A stretch of 41,861 nt of DNA from Spirogloea muscicola (taxonomy: Eukaryota). Below the pieces are notes generated by a model. The model made no database searches. It had not been told where the DNA came from and saw only the letters and a program-made list of their open reading frames with translations. Below, in pieces: positions 27,477 through 39,194 of this stretch (positions are counted from its first letter, which is position 1; every line of letters begins with the position of its first letter). The position numbers and the translations under genes are program-made. The stretch lies in NCBI GenBank assembly GCA_009602725.1, contig WELB01000006.1, positions 191,760 through 233,620 on the forward strand, given 5' to 3'.

Positions 27477-28477
27477 ATGCACCGCAAGCACCACTAGAGC
27501 CCTTGTACAATTTCTCCAGCCTCGGCCGCGATGGCAATCTTTTTGGATGCGCCCTGCGCGGATCCTGTACATTCTGCCTACAACCCGGATCGGCCCAAGC
27601 TGCAGGGGCTGTGCCCGAGCTCTTGCTGGTGCTCGCAGGATTGCCTGCAGCAAGATGCCGCGTCATCTAGACCTCTATCTCTATCTTTTCCACCGGTGGC
27701 GCTGTGACCAGAGCTGCGGCAACCACTGCTCTCCTTATCATCCCCTCCAGACGCGCTTTCAGGACGTAAGGCTGCAGTGCTTACATCTGAAAAGCTTCAT
27801 CCTGGGGGACGTCAGGCCCTCGCTGTCATTTTGAGCTTTTTCCAACCTCGCTCCTATGACAGATTTACTCTGTGCTACATGTGGCTGCCAAGCAGAGCGG
27901 CATCAGATGAAAGTTAGCACGTGAGTGTTGTGCTTTCTTACAATTTTGAGAGCTCCCTGCTACAGCACTTCCTCGGGGAAATCTTAGTGCATTTCCGGGA
28001 AGCAAGTTTTGCCCGCCCAACGTGAGAGCCCCTCCAAGCCTTGTCACGAGTTTGGTTGGCGTTGTTGGATGAGATGTCAGATATTAGTGCCACACATTCT
28101 TTGGGACTCATAAATTGGGACTCACAAAGTGCCCAGTTGAGCGCACACTCTAGAAAACAATAAGAAAGCAGACTGGATAATAATAAGGTGATGGTGATTG
28201 TTCAACTTTATGGATCTTTTGACTTATCGTGATGCTGTTTGTGGTGTGGATTGGAAATCTGGGCACGACAACTCCTAGGGAGGTTGATGTTTGCCATTGA
28301 TAATGTCCACAGCTCTCCAGGAACAAGAGCAGGACAGAGGCAGGGCCTTAAAGTATGTGTCACTTCGTTGCTCAAATGAAGTATCTCGGGTCTCAGTCTT
28401 GATGCCTCCCAGCCCTTAAGCCCGATAGGACTGGACAAGCCTTCATCATAAAGCCATGCAAGTCTCCACGAAGCTGG

Positions 28478-29535
28478 AAAGAGAGAAGGCGCGCAGTGCG
28501 CATAAATTATAAGGTGGCAAATCTAAGCCAGTACACTGTACAGGCAAAGCCAGTATCAAGTTTGGGGCTTCTCATGAAGACAGGAGTTGCCTTGCCGAGA
28601 AGTGGAGACAGCAGTCAAGGCGAGGCAGACCCTTGGGTTACAGCCCTCTATTTATTCTGACTTGCACTTACTGACTAGTGGTTATTGAGAACCCACTTTA
28701 CTGACGTCTTGGAGAAAAATATCCTGCTTATTGCGCCATCCGGCCCTCTCAGACCTTGCCCATCCCTCTGCGCTCGCCTCTCACAGCTATTGCCGTCATT
28801 TAAGAGGAGCTGATTCGCTTCCTCACGCTCTCTCGGAGAGCCACTTTCTTGCGTAGCGTCTGGGAGGCGAAAGGCGCAAAAGAGAGAGAGAAGGCGCGCG
28901 GTGCGCATAAATTTGAAAGGGAGGCCAATTCTAGCCTCACACAAATGTCCTAATAACTGGGTAATGAGCTGGCTAAGGGGAACTCAAGAAGAAAGGGCGC
29001 GCCCATTGAGGATAGGGGCTGGAAAAGCCAGCCCAAAAACAAAAGGACGCGAAGGACGAGAAGGAAAATTCGTGTGTTTGAAACAAACGAAAGCCAAATG
29101 GCCAAGTACAAAGGCAAGCACATCTAAGACCTATATAACCTACAGCAGAATGACCCGCTCAGTAACCGCGGGTCAAAACATAAAGGTCGCTAATCGATGC
29201 CTGAATACAAGATGTCGGATAAGAAGCCCTTCTGCCACCAACTAGAGCTCGCCCAGCTTTCTGGTGCAAGGCGTTAGCCTGGGCACGCTGCAAAGAAAGA
29301 GGAAAGTGCTCGCCCATTGAGAATAGGGGCTGGAATAACCAGCCCGAAAAAGAATGAACAGAGTACGAGAAGGGGGCCAGGGGAAGCGCTAAGTAACAGA
29401 AAGGGGCCAGGGGAAGAAAGGAAGAGAAAGGAAGCGCTAAGAAAAGCGCGGGGAAGCGCTAAGAAAAACAAGCACACACAGAAACAAAGAAGCTACGTAT
29501 CACTCAGTAACCCCTGCTAAGCAGCCTCAGGCCAG
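28478..29535. mobile_element. Cluster of at least five CRE-like 3' ends
   Basis: 28478-28552 (-) terminus. About 28650-28800 (+): YSDLHLLTSGY*. 28880-28982 (-) terminus. 28985-29272 (-): LHQKAGRAL-type copy with hairpin 29016-29034. 29293-29535 (-): LRLLSRGY* with hairpin 29327-29345 and internal tandem duplications of ggggaagcgctaag. Confidence 0.82.
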
Positions 29536-29847
29536 GCTCTCCTGAAAGTGGGTCCCCTGGCCAGAGCCAAAGGCAGCAGCGAACTTCAACTACACAGCTA
29601 TGCAAGTGACCACTGCGAACGAACGGGAGGAAAGTGGCTCCTCCTTCAACGGCATCCGCCGCTTCGAAAGCCCATCAAGAAGCCCCAATTGACGAGACGC
29701 TGCCGGACGGGGCAGGGCCTGGGCGCCCGCGCCGCGCCGGCCGCCCGATTGGGCGCCATCCGGCGGCAGGGGAGAGTCGCACGGCACCCAGTCGCACGCG
29801 TGCGACGGCGTCGCACGACCCGCGCGTCGCCCCAGTCGGCCCCTCCC

Positions 29848-29856
29848 AAACCCTAA
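29848..29856 (+). promoter_or_regulatory. Telo-box (AAACCCTAA)
   Basis: Exact plant telo-box about 50 bp upstream of the ATG at 29908, followed by (CGG)9 at 29868-29894. Confidence 0.6.
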
Positions 29857-29907
29857 CCCCCCGGGCCCGGCGGCGGCGGCGGCGGCGGCGGCGGAGGCGC
29901 CGGAGCC

Positions 29908-30337
29908 ATGAGCCNTACGGCACGGCCGGCGCCGCCGCCGCGTATCGGCAGGCGGCGCCGGCGGCGTCGGCGGCCGCTGCGCCCGCCGGCGGCGCGTACG
30001 GCCAGAAGACGGCCGCGAGCTACGGGCAGCAGCAGTACGCCCAAACGGCTTACGACCTCCAGGTGCCGCCCCCGCCGCCGCTCTTCCCACCTTGCCTGCA
30101 AGCCGGCTTGGCCGGCCAGCCTTCCGTACGCCGGCGAGTGCGGCAGTAACGTCGGTAGCGAGCTTCTGAGCGGCTACGTCAAGGTTCGGACGTTGTGGCT
30201 GCTGCTCGCTCGTAGCCATCGGCGTCGCTCATCAGCTCAGCTTCCAGGGTGCTATCAAGCGTGCGTGGTCTTAGCACCACGGTCTCATGTCCTTGCTGCC
30301 ACGTCCATGGCAGGCTGCTGTCGCGGCGCAGCAGCAC

Positions 30338-30370
<33 letters not shown>

Positions 30371-33300
30371 GTGGTCTATGGTGGAGGCATCAGCGATGCA
30401 GCTTATGGAGGCGTCAGTGCGGCAGCCGCGCAGCAGCCAGCAGCGGCCTGGCAGTCTGCTGCTGGGGGCCACACGGGCACGCAGGCCAAGGCCCAGTATG
30501 GTGGAGCCTATGGTGCTTACGGCACTGCGCAGCAGGCCGGCCAACAGCAGGTCTTGACATCAGACACCGCACCTTCTGGCACAGCCTCAGCTTCGTGACT
30601 GCCGTGTAGACTTGAGCAAGGCATGCTGGCTTGCCGTTCTGCAGCTTTAGTCTGACGACTGGTTCTGCAAGCCGTGCTTTCCAAGCAGAGTCAAGGCTAT
30701 GCCAACTACGCAGCTCAGCCAGCGGTTGCGCAGACAGCGCGCACGGCATATGGACAAGCGCCCAGCTCTGATGTAAGTACTCCTGAGAGCTGGAGTACAC
30801 GAGCCGAGCTTGTCCTCTTGCTGCACAGCCGTTGCGCTTCTTGGCTCTTGGAGGTGACTCTTCGGCCGGCACCTTCATCTGGGGTGGTGCTTCTCAGCCT
30901 GTGGCTGCGCACATGCTTTGGCAGGTATTGAGCGCAGCCGCACGGACTGCCAGGTCCCCCGAGTACGCATTGGCGGCTGGCGCAGCTGCCTACGGGCAGG
31001 GCTCGGCGCAGGCTGCACTCACTGGCTACAGCTCATCGGCTGCCGGCTACAGTGCCGAATTGCCCAAGTACCAGAAGACCGCCGCCGACTACAACTCTGT
31101 CAAGGCTGCACCATATGGCTCAGTCACGCCGCCGCCCCAGTATGCTGCCAGATTGTCTGCAGAGCCTGCCTATGGATCCGCGTACGGGAGTACAGCCAGC
31201 GACTTCAGGACGCAGCCTCCACAGGCTAGTGATTATGCATCTTATGGGCCATCGAAAGACGTGCGCCTTGGTGCGGCCAGGCAGTACCAGGACAGTCAGG
31301 CTGCAGCCGCAGCGGTGGCAAGAGCAGTAAGCACCTCTGTACATTCTCAGAGGGTCAGCTGCATGGGTCAGCCCTGCATGACTCAGCCTGTCCTTGATGA
31401 CTGACGGCACTGGATGATGGCTTCATGACGAGTACAGCCCTTGTACTTGTCATGGAGCTGCTTGAGTGAGGACTTGCATGTCATTCAGCATCTAATCACT
31501 TTTGTCTGCCTGCCTAAAACTCATTCTATATTTATGTCGTGTACCCCTGTGCACACTGTCGCTACTCTGGTGGACGTGGTTGACCAGGAGCAGCAAGATC
31601 ATCTGGTGAGTACGTATCTGTACAGGGGAGCCGAGTTCACTGTTGCAGGATTGTGGATGGTTGATGCAGATAGGCTTCGTGTGTTCTCCTCGCAGCTGTC
31701 TTATGCAGGGTGTGTCTTTTATACGTTCATTTGCAGGTACAACAATATGCCAGGCAGCAGCAGCAGGCATTGCAGCAGGTGCAGACCCTGGCACAGGTGG
31801 CACAGGCAGCGGCAGCGCAGGGGAGAGCAGCTGTGGTTGACTCAGGCCCCAGGTAGCGACCCTTACCAGCATGTATCGTCTGGCACCTTGAGCACTTGGA
31901 TGTTCTCATAACAATGAGAAAAGCTGTTGACGTCCAAGTCTTAGTCATCCTTTGAAACCAGTATATTCGACTTCATACAGTGACCTGGAGTGCCTGAAGC
32001 AGGGGGCAGCTTTCCGGCGCATATGGTGGGGGCATGAACTCGAAGCCCGACATTGGCCTGGGGAGGAGCTCTACATCAGCTGCAGCTTACAGTGGCGGCT
32101 ACGGAAGAGGAGGCACGAGTGTCGCGCCCGGCTTCGGGGGGCCCAGGGGCAGCGCAGACAGCTTGGCTGGCCAGGGCGGTGGCTTCGGAGCGACTTCGCC
32201 ACAGAGCGCGCAGTTTGCGGCTGCCCTGCCTCGCCAGGCTGCAGCTTCCGGCTTCTCAGCGCAGCAGCCGGCCTTTGCGCCTGCCCCTGGGGCGCATGCT
32301 GCTGGCAGCTACCAAGCTCAGCACGGCACTGGCTTCAGCCAGCCCGGCCGAGGTGCTACCGCGCAACATATTTCACATTTGTCTGTGCACGATCTGACAG
32401 TTGACAGCTGCAGCCTTAAAGGACAAACCCTACTGCTGTGCTTGTCGTGCAGCATTTGGGTCTAGCTCTTGTGTCACTTGTTATCTTATATACACAACAT
32501 CTGCAGGTGGTTTTGGAGGTGGCCGTGGAATGGGAGGTGGCGGGCCCCCAGGCAGGGCCATTGGAGGCGAGTTTCCGTTTGCGGGTCACCAGCGTGAGAC
32601 TGGCTTCAGCAGGACCCCGATAGCAGGACCTTCGGGTCGGTACGACTTTGAGCGCCGGGAGAGGCGGTTTGATGGTGAGAGAGAAAGAGAGAAGTACGAC
32701 GATCGGCGGCCGGTGCGAGATAGGGACCGAGACCGAGACCGGCGGGTCGATGACGATCGCAAGCGTGAGTCAAGCAGGCGCGAGGAGAGGGATGACCGGG
32801 TCTCCAGGCACAAGTGAGTGGCACCTTGTTTTGAGGGTACTGTGCCCCTCAATAGTGCAGCTCATCTGGTGAAGAGTTCTTTAAAGTGGTTGTTAGATCA
32901 TATTTGGCAGAGGTCGATGACAGGGATGCAAGCAACTGTAGCTGCTGGTGTTGGTATCTTCAGTGTACCTTGAAAATTGTCATCTCTTGGTTGTAATTGC
33001 TGCTTTGAGGAAGCCAGGTATGCATGTTGTACACATATGTGCTGATTGTTCCTTTTGGGGACAATTCTGCAGGCATGCCTCTCCAGCCAAGGATGTGCGG
33101 AAGTCTTATGTCTGTAAGGTGTGCTTGCCTTTCTGCTTACATTCATATCACATAAACACTGGGATTTGGAGAGATGTTTTATCAAACATCAGATCAAGTC
33201 CTTGGCACATTAAAACCTGAGCTGTCGATTTCTATATTTGTATTCTTATTCTTAATTTATATGCTCAGCCACTCGATTTGTGTCACGTTCTTGAACTGCA

Positions 33301-36300
33301 CTCTTCAGGAGCTATCAGCACCTCATGTCAGGTAGCCGTAATCTGTAGTACTCATTCTGAGTTGGCTGGGGGTGCTCAGGTGGATCCTTTCTCGTTTGTT
33401 GAGGCTGAACGGGACTGCCATTCTATCACTCGCTGCTATACACGCCTGCACATGATGCCCGAATTTTCAAGAGTGAGTAAGCCTTCACTATTCCTTTTAT
33501 TGTGAAGATTACTTTGACCTGGTGGGTCGAAACAGGCTCTTCCAAGCTCATATACCAATCTCAAGCTTACGATTAGTCTAATGTCGAAGTGATTGTGATT
33601 TGAACAGCTGGTCGCGTGCTGGGTAGCCAACAAGGACATGATCTCCATTTCAAATCCTATCAGGTCCGTCTATCTTTCAAGCCCTGGTCTAGAGCTAAGC
33701 TCTACTTACCCGTACACTCTGGTTCTTAGCTTTGGATTGTGGAGGAGCATCTTCAGAATGTTGCAGTGAAGCCCCGTCTTACTCGCCAGCTCAAGCATTC
33801 ACACGACACAGTCAACCCCGTTGGCTTCATTGGGAAGGATGTTCGGCAGTCCTGTCAGCTGCGACGCCCTTCAGCTCGGTTCGCCAGCAGCGCCTAGCTT
33901 GTTGGGTTTGTGCGCGATGGTTTTGATCTACGTGGCTTCCACGGCAAGAGGGAATGACGGAGCCATTTCGTCCGTTTTCCTCCACTCCTGGACAGCTTTG
34001 AGCACGACATTGTAGACATAGAGGACGAGACTGCTGCGATGGAGACTTCTGCAAAGCCAACACCAAGCCCGAGGACTGTTGGGAAAAGCTCTGTCTATAA
34101 TGTCAAGGTAAAGCGGCTTGGCAGTGTTCCAGTGTGGGACAGTAGGTGGCAAAGGGTGGTGTCCTACTCATTCTCCAGCCTTGCAGCTATGTCTACACCG
34201 GCCATCAACACCATGTCTCCTTGGCTCTAAGCACAATCAGGGGGGTCCTTCTGCTGCGTTGATATCGCTAAGCACTTCTTCGAATTGGTCTTCCAGTCGA
34301 TGGCTGTCTTATCCTTTCAAAGGAGAAAGTCAGGCCCTACAATGACATCTTCTGGGCGAGATTCTTGGCTAAGAACACCTCAGGCTGACCAAGTGGCAAG
34401 TGCTGTGCCACGCCGAATGGTCAGATATGACAGAGCCAGATCAGGAGCCTCTAAAGATCCTCCAAGTTTTATCAGCGCACTCCTTCCTCTAAATCTACTC
34501 CATTCCACTATATTTGTAGGTCATGTTGATGACTGGCGCTGACAGAGCTGCTCTGGAGGAGTTGCTGGTGGAAGTCAAGACACTGAATGATGGCAAGCCC
34601 ATGCACCTGCATAATCTGGTGAAATTTGTGACAGTGCGCAAGGATCGCAATGCAATCATGCCAGTTGGAGGCTCATGGGATGCTGATCTTGATGGCGGGG
34701 ACCCTTCTACTGATGAAGCACTTATTCGGACTGCTATCAGGTATGTTGTTCTTGTATGGCTAGCATGTGGCTGGCATGACCACAAAGATCATTACATAAT
34801 GCAGCTCCTCTGTAGCCCCGAGAATTGTGGCTACTAATTGTACAGAGTCGGTTCCTTGTTTGGCTTCAATGAAAGTAGTGTTGAGCGCGTGACATGCAAG
34901 GTGATGATACTGTGGCAGATGTACAAAAGAGTTGGTGCATCTGGATCTCAGCGGCTGCAAACAGTGGACTCGCTTCATAGAGGTCTGTCACTGAGCTTGC
35001 ATAGAAGTCAGTCAGAGGCCCACGCTTCATAGAGGTCAGTCATAAGGCCAAGGCACCATGTGCTGTAACAGCATGCATCCGGTTTTTAATTGTGCATACC
35101 GTCTCCCTGAAGTCATATGCACCAGATATTGCTGCCTGTATTCTGGGTCCTTCAGTAGCCGCAAGAAGTCAAAATGATACTGCTATGATAGCACCTTCCC
35201 TGAGCATGCGCCTCTGACATGCAGGTCCATTATGAGAGGTCTGCGGGCAACAACTTGGCCAGCCATCATGAGGTCACCATTTTCTTCCTTCCGTCCATTC
35301 ACGACATTGTTCCATCGCTGGAGGAGTGGAGGTCCGTTTGGAAGTCACATCAGCAGCAAGTTAAGATATCAAAGGAAAGTGCCACTTTGGACAAAAGCAA
35401 ACCTGCTAGCGACAAAGCAGGGCAGCAAGAGAAGATGAACATGCCCAAGGAGGAAGAGGAGACGAAAGACATGCCTAAGGAAGAAGAGGAGGTGACTCAC
35501 ACAACATTAGTCACCTTCAAGGCTGAAGCCTAGACTTGGGTTGTGAGTCAAGTCTGTCTAATGCCGGGAGAGGACTGATGGGCTTGCAGGTTGCATACAG
35601 ATGCGCTGAGCAGTGTGTTGAGCATTCTTGATGTTGTGCTTTGCCAAGCATCACTTCTGCATGGACTGGTAAGGTCTCTCGACCTTTGGTAACACGCTGT
35701 AGGTGTCCGTGTGTATCAGAAAGTGGAGGAGGGCAGCATCGAGCAGCCGCACCAGGCACCAGCGGCAGAGGTTGCACCACAAGGTACTTTGGCATTGCTG
35801 TGCTTCATGCATGACGTGGGTCCTGATTGATGATAAGGGTTTTGCCTGGCGAGTGAAATGAGGCTGATACTGAGATTGCTGGTACAGATGGCCAAGAGAT
35901 GCAGGATTCCGCAGAGCTTCAGCCAGCAAGTGACGTTCTGCCAGGTGAGGAGGCAGGCGGCAAAGCTGGAGACCTAGCTACAACTGATGGGCAGCAGGAG
36001 GAGGTGAAGCTTGAAGGAAACGATGAGACCAGCAAAGTTCAGCCCATGGAGGAATTGAAGGACGTGGAGATCGCGCCATCTGAGGAGCAAGTGCATGCTG
36101 AATCGACTGTAGAAGCACCGCAGGAGTCAGGACTGAATCCGATGGAGGTCGACGTGCAAAAAGAGGAGGCCTCGGCAGTGCCGAAGGAGACAGACCCAAT
36201 GGAGGAGATCAAAGATGAGCCAAAGCAGGAAAGCATTGCTTCAGAGCACGTGAAGGAGGAAAAGGAAAGCAATGAAGAGCCAAGCAAGGAGCCAGAAGTA

Positions 36301-38117
36301 GGCGAGATGGAGGCTGGCATGGACCAGCCTGCATTGCTGCTTGTCACGGAGCGTAGCAAGCACGCCAAGGTGAGGGTCAATGCACATGGTATATACCAAC
36401 GGGCTCGGTTCCCACGCCAATTTTGATACCATCTCAAGATGCTAGTCCAAAGGTACAGGGCATCCTGGTTGTGGTCAAGTTTGTGAGACTTCATTGCTTG
36501 GATGCAGTGGAAGTCGGTGAGCATCTCACTGGATGGGCTTCTGGATTATGACGAGGAGGACAAGGAAGAGTGTACCTTCGAGGTAGGTCATTCCGACTGT
36601 AGTGCAAGATCATCATGAAAATTTCATCGTATATTTCTGCACAATGGACATCATCCTTCCTGGGCCCTGGTCATGCATGTAGATGGGCCTCGACCTGAAT
36701 GATTCTGTGGCGCTTCTACAGCTGTCTCTCTTTGCTGAGAGCTTCAAGGAGATGCTCCAGTGTCGCTACGGCTGTCATATACTGGGCGCACTGGAGGTCC
36801 AATCTCTACTTCCACCTTCTATGCACAACAATGAAGCATAGCTGGCGGCATAGGCTTGTAGCTCAAATTACCACATGTATTTAGAAGCATCCAAGCATAC
36901 TGGCTGAGCAACCTCCTTGTCTGCCAGGCATTGTGGGTGCAGAGCCACGGGCGCAAGAAGGAGGAGAAGAAGCGGGCACGCTCAGAGGGCGAGAAGAAGG
37001 ACAGTGGCAAAGAGGAGCCAGCTGTCAAGAAGCAGGAGGTCGAAAAAGAGGGAGAGAAGGAGGTCAAGAAAGAGGAGCCAGCGGAACAATCGGACGAGCC
37101 TTTGCAGAAGCAGGGCAATGATGTCATTGACATTGAGGAAACACCCGCTGGCAACCCCCCACCTGCCACAGAGAATGGGGATGCTGGTCAGCACACCACT
37201 GATGCAGTTGAGGTGCCTGAGCACAAGGTGACTGCAGAAGAAGGTGGGACAGAGGAGAGTGCTGCCCACGCTGGGGAGGAGCCCCCCAAGCAAGAGCAGG
37301 GCCAGGCTGAGCCACAAACGCCACTGCAGGACATGGTTAAGGAGGTGAAGCAGGAGTCTGAAGCGGCGGCAAAGCCTAATGACGTTTCTGTGCGAGAAGA
37401 CGAGGATTACCAATCTGAGATAGAGGATGCGAGGGAGGTGAGCAACAAGCTATCAGAACGTGGCAGGAACTAGTCAGCAAGTTCAGTGAGATTTCTGCCT
37501 CCTGCCTCCACCGCCAATCGGATTTGTAGCATCCTCACTGGTGTTGTATAATCTCCGTGTGCAGGCCTTTCGGTACTTTGATCGCAATCGAACTGACACC
37601 TTGAAGGCAAGGCACTGTCTATCTGTTCTTAAATTTTGTGTAGCCAAGGGAGTCAAGATGTAGTCACTTGCCTGGAGTACATTGTCACAAGCTTTTGTCA
37701 TCAGTGCAAGCTTGCATGAGGTCTCTATGAGGTCCCTCACAGAGGTTTTCTTAAGAAATAGCTATATATTGACGCTCCTTGCAACATTGTTGCTTGTTTG
37801 CATGTAGGCTGAGGATGCCCGATGCATCTTGCACAACTTAGGCAAGTACCTCACAAGCAAAGCTGTGAAGGTGAGTCACAGTAGTGCCAGAGTTGTCATG
37901 GGAAGCATGTCACTGATACCATATCATGCAGGCCCCAACATTGGGAGGCAACAGAAAGATAGTTGCCCTTGTGGGATGCTCACAAGCTCAGTAACATGCT
38001 GACTATTTCCAGGACCTGGTGGCCTGCGCTACATCTGAGACTGCTGGGAAGTCAAGAGCAGAAGCCATCCTCTACCAGAACATTGGGAAGAAACAGCCAG
38101 GTGGAGATTCTAAGTAG
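29908..38117 (+). CDS. EMB1579: CCAR1/DBC1-family nuclear protein, homologue of SHORT ROOT IN SALT MEDIUM 1 / EMB1579
   Basis: Exons: 29908-30062 (single n at 29915 breaks the frame), 30314-30550, 30689-30772, 30925-31326, 31588-31605, 31737-31852, 32003-32352, 32507-32813, 33073-33118, 33380-33472, 33608-33663, 33996-34107, 34520-34740, 34919-34982, 35225-35491, 35720-35783, 35888-36369, 36508-36582, 36722-36796, 36928-37437, 37565-37606, 37808-37870, 38013-38117 (TAG). Features: Y/Q/A/G-rich N-terminus, RD/RE tract, YVCKV...ERD...PEFSR, DBC1 domain (VKVMLMTG...VGGSWDADLDGGDP...LIRTAIRCTKELVHLDLSGCKQWTRFIEVHY...HHEVTIFFLP), SISLDGLLDYDEEDKEECTFELSLFAESFKEML and a C-terminal EF-hand-like AFRYFDRNRTDTLKAEDARCILHNLGKYL. 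Confidence 0.9.
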
Positions 38118-38619
38118 GTGGAGATTCGAAGTACAGGGATCTGTGTAGGAACCTTTTTGGTAGGCCAAACCTTGAGTGGGTCTCATCAAAGAGATGCAGA
38201 GCTACTCCGAGTGGTGTTGTCGTTGAAAGCGTTGCAGCTTTTGCCATCCCACTTTCAGAAGTGGTCTAGTTGTTGACACTAACCTCTGCCAACCTCTGTG
38301 GCAGCATAGTGCTGCACGCTCACTTTTGATAACCTGATTGTACACCTCGCGGTTTTGATCACCTGATCACGTTTGCTGGGCAAAGTTTCTAGCTTGACCT
38401 TGTTTGACCGAGAATACTTACACAATGGTGAGCTTTTTAGGCACTTCCCAGCACAACATTGAGGATGCATGTGCGGGTCGAGACTTAATGGCCACTTTCT
38501 ACCAGTGACCCCGGTACTTCGAGGACGCCACCTGGGGTTGTTGACATAGCTCTGGGGGAAAAGTCTGAAAGGGCCGACCGGGGCTAAAACAACACAGCTA
38601 TGCAAGTGACTACAGCGAA

Positions 38620-39194
38620 TGGGAGCTCAGCCCAAAGGCGTGGACAAGGTCCAAACGAGCCACAAAGAGCGAAGCCCAAGGCTTTGCGGGGCGTTAGGAA
38701 CAAGCACTGCGGCTGGAGGAGGGGTGCTGGCGCCCACTCGAGAGCGACAGTGGTTGCAGCGGTCTCAGACCCCGGGTTGCAGAGCGAAGCCCAAGGCTTC
38801 GCAGAGCTTGGGAACAAGCACTGCGGCTGGAGAGAGAAGGCTCGCCCTGCGCATGAAATGAACGGAGAGAAGGCGTGCGATGAGCATGAAATTGAAAGGG
38901 AGGCCGTTCAAGCGTTACAAAAGTCCTGGTAACGGGGCAATGAGCTGGCTAAGGGGGACAATCATATCCTCGAGTGAGCACACACACAGCTGACAAGCTG
39001 AGCTGAGGAGCCAGACTACCACCACGGAAACCGTTAGCCTGGCTTAATGCACGCCCAGCACGAAAGAAAGTGCTCGCCCATAGAGGAAGTGCCCATAGAA
39101 AGTGCTCGCCTATAGAGAAGAGGGGCTGGCAAAGCCAGCCCAAAAAGAATGGATAATGCTTAAAGCTAAAGAAAGAGGTGCCGGAAAAGGACTA
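38620..39194 (-). mobile_element. Cluster of CRE-like 3' ends
   Basis: 38625-38660 resembles 20820-20852. Duplicated termini at 38830-38912. 38949-39062 encodes RAGRALSQANGFRGGSLAPQLSLSAVCVLTRGY. 39063-39194 matches 7406-7501 and is cut by the pogo element. Confidence 0.82.
38666..38832 (+). repeat. Two direct copies of an approximately 52-bp unit
   Basis: agagcgaagcccaaggctt...ggaacaagcactgcggctggag at 38666-38718 and 38781-38832. Confidence 0.85.
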
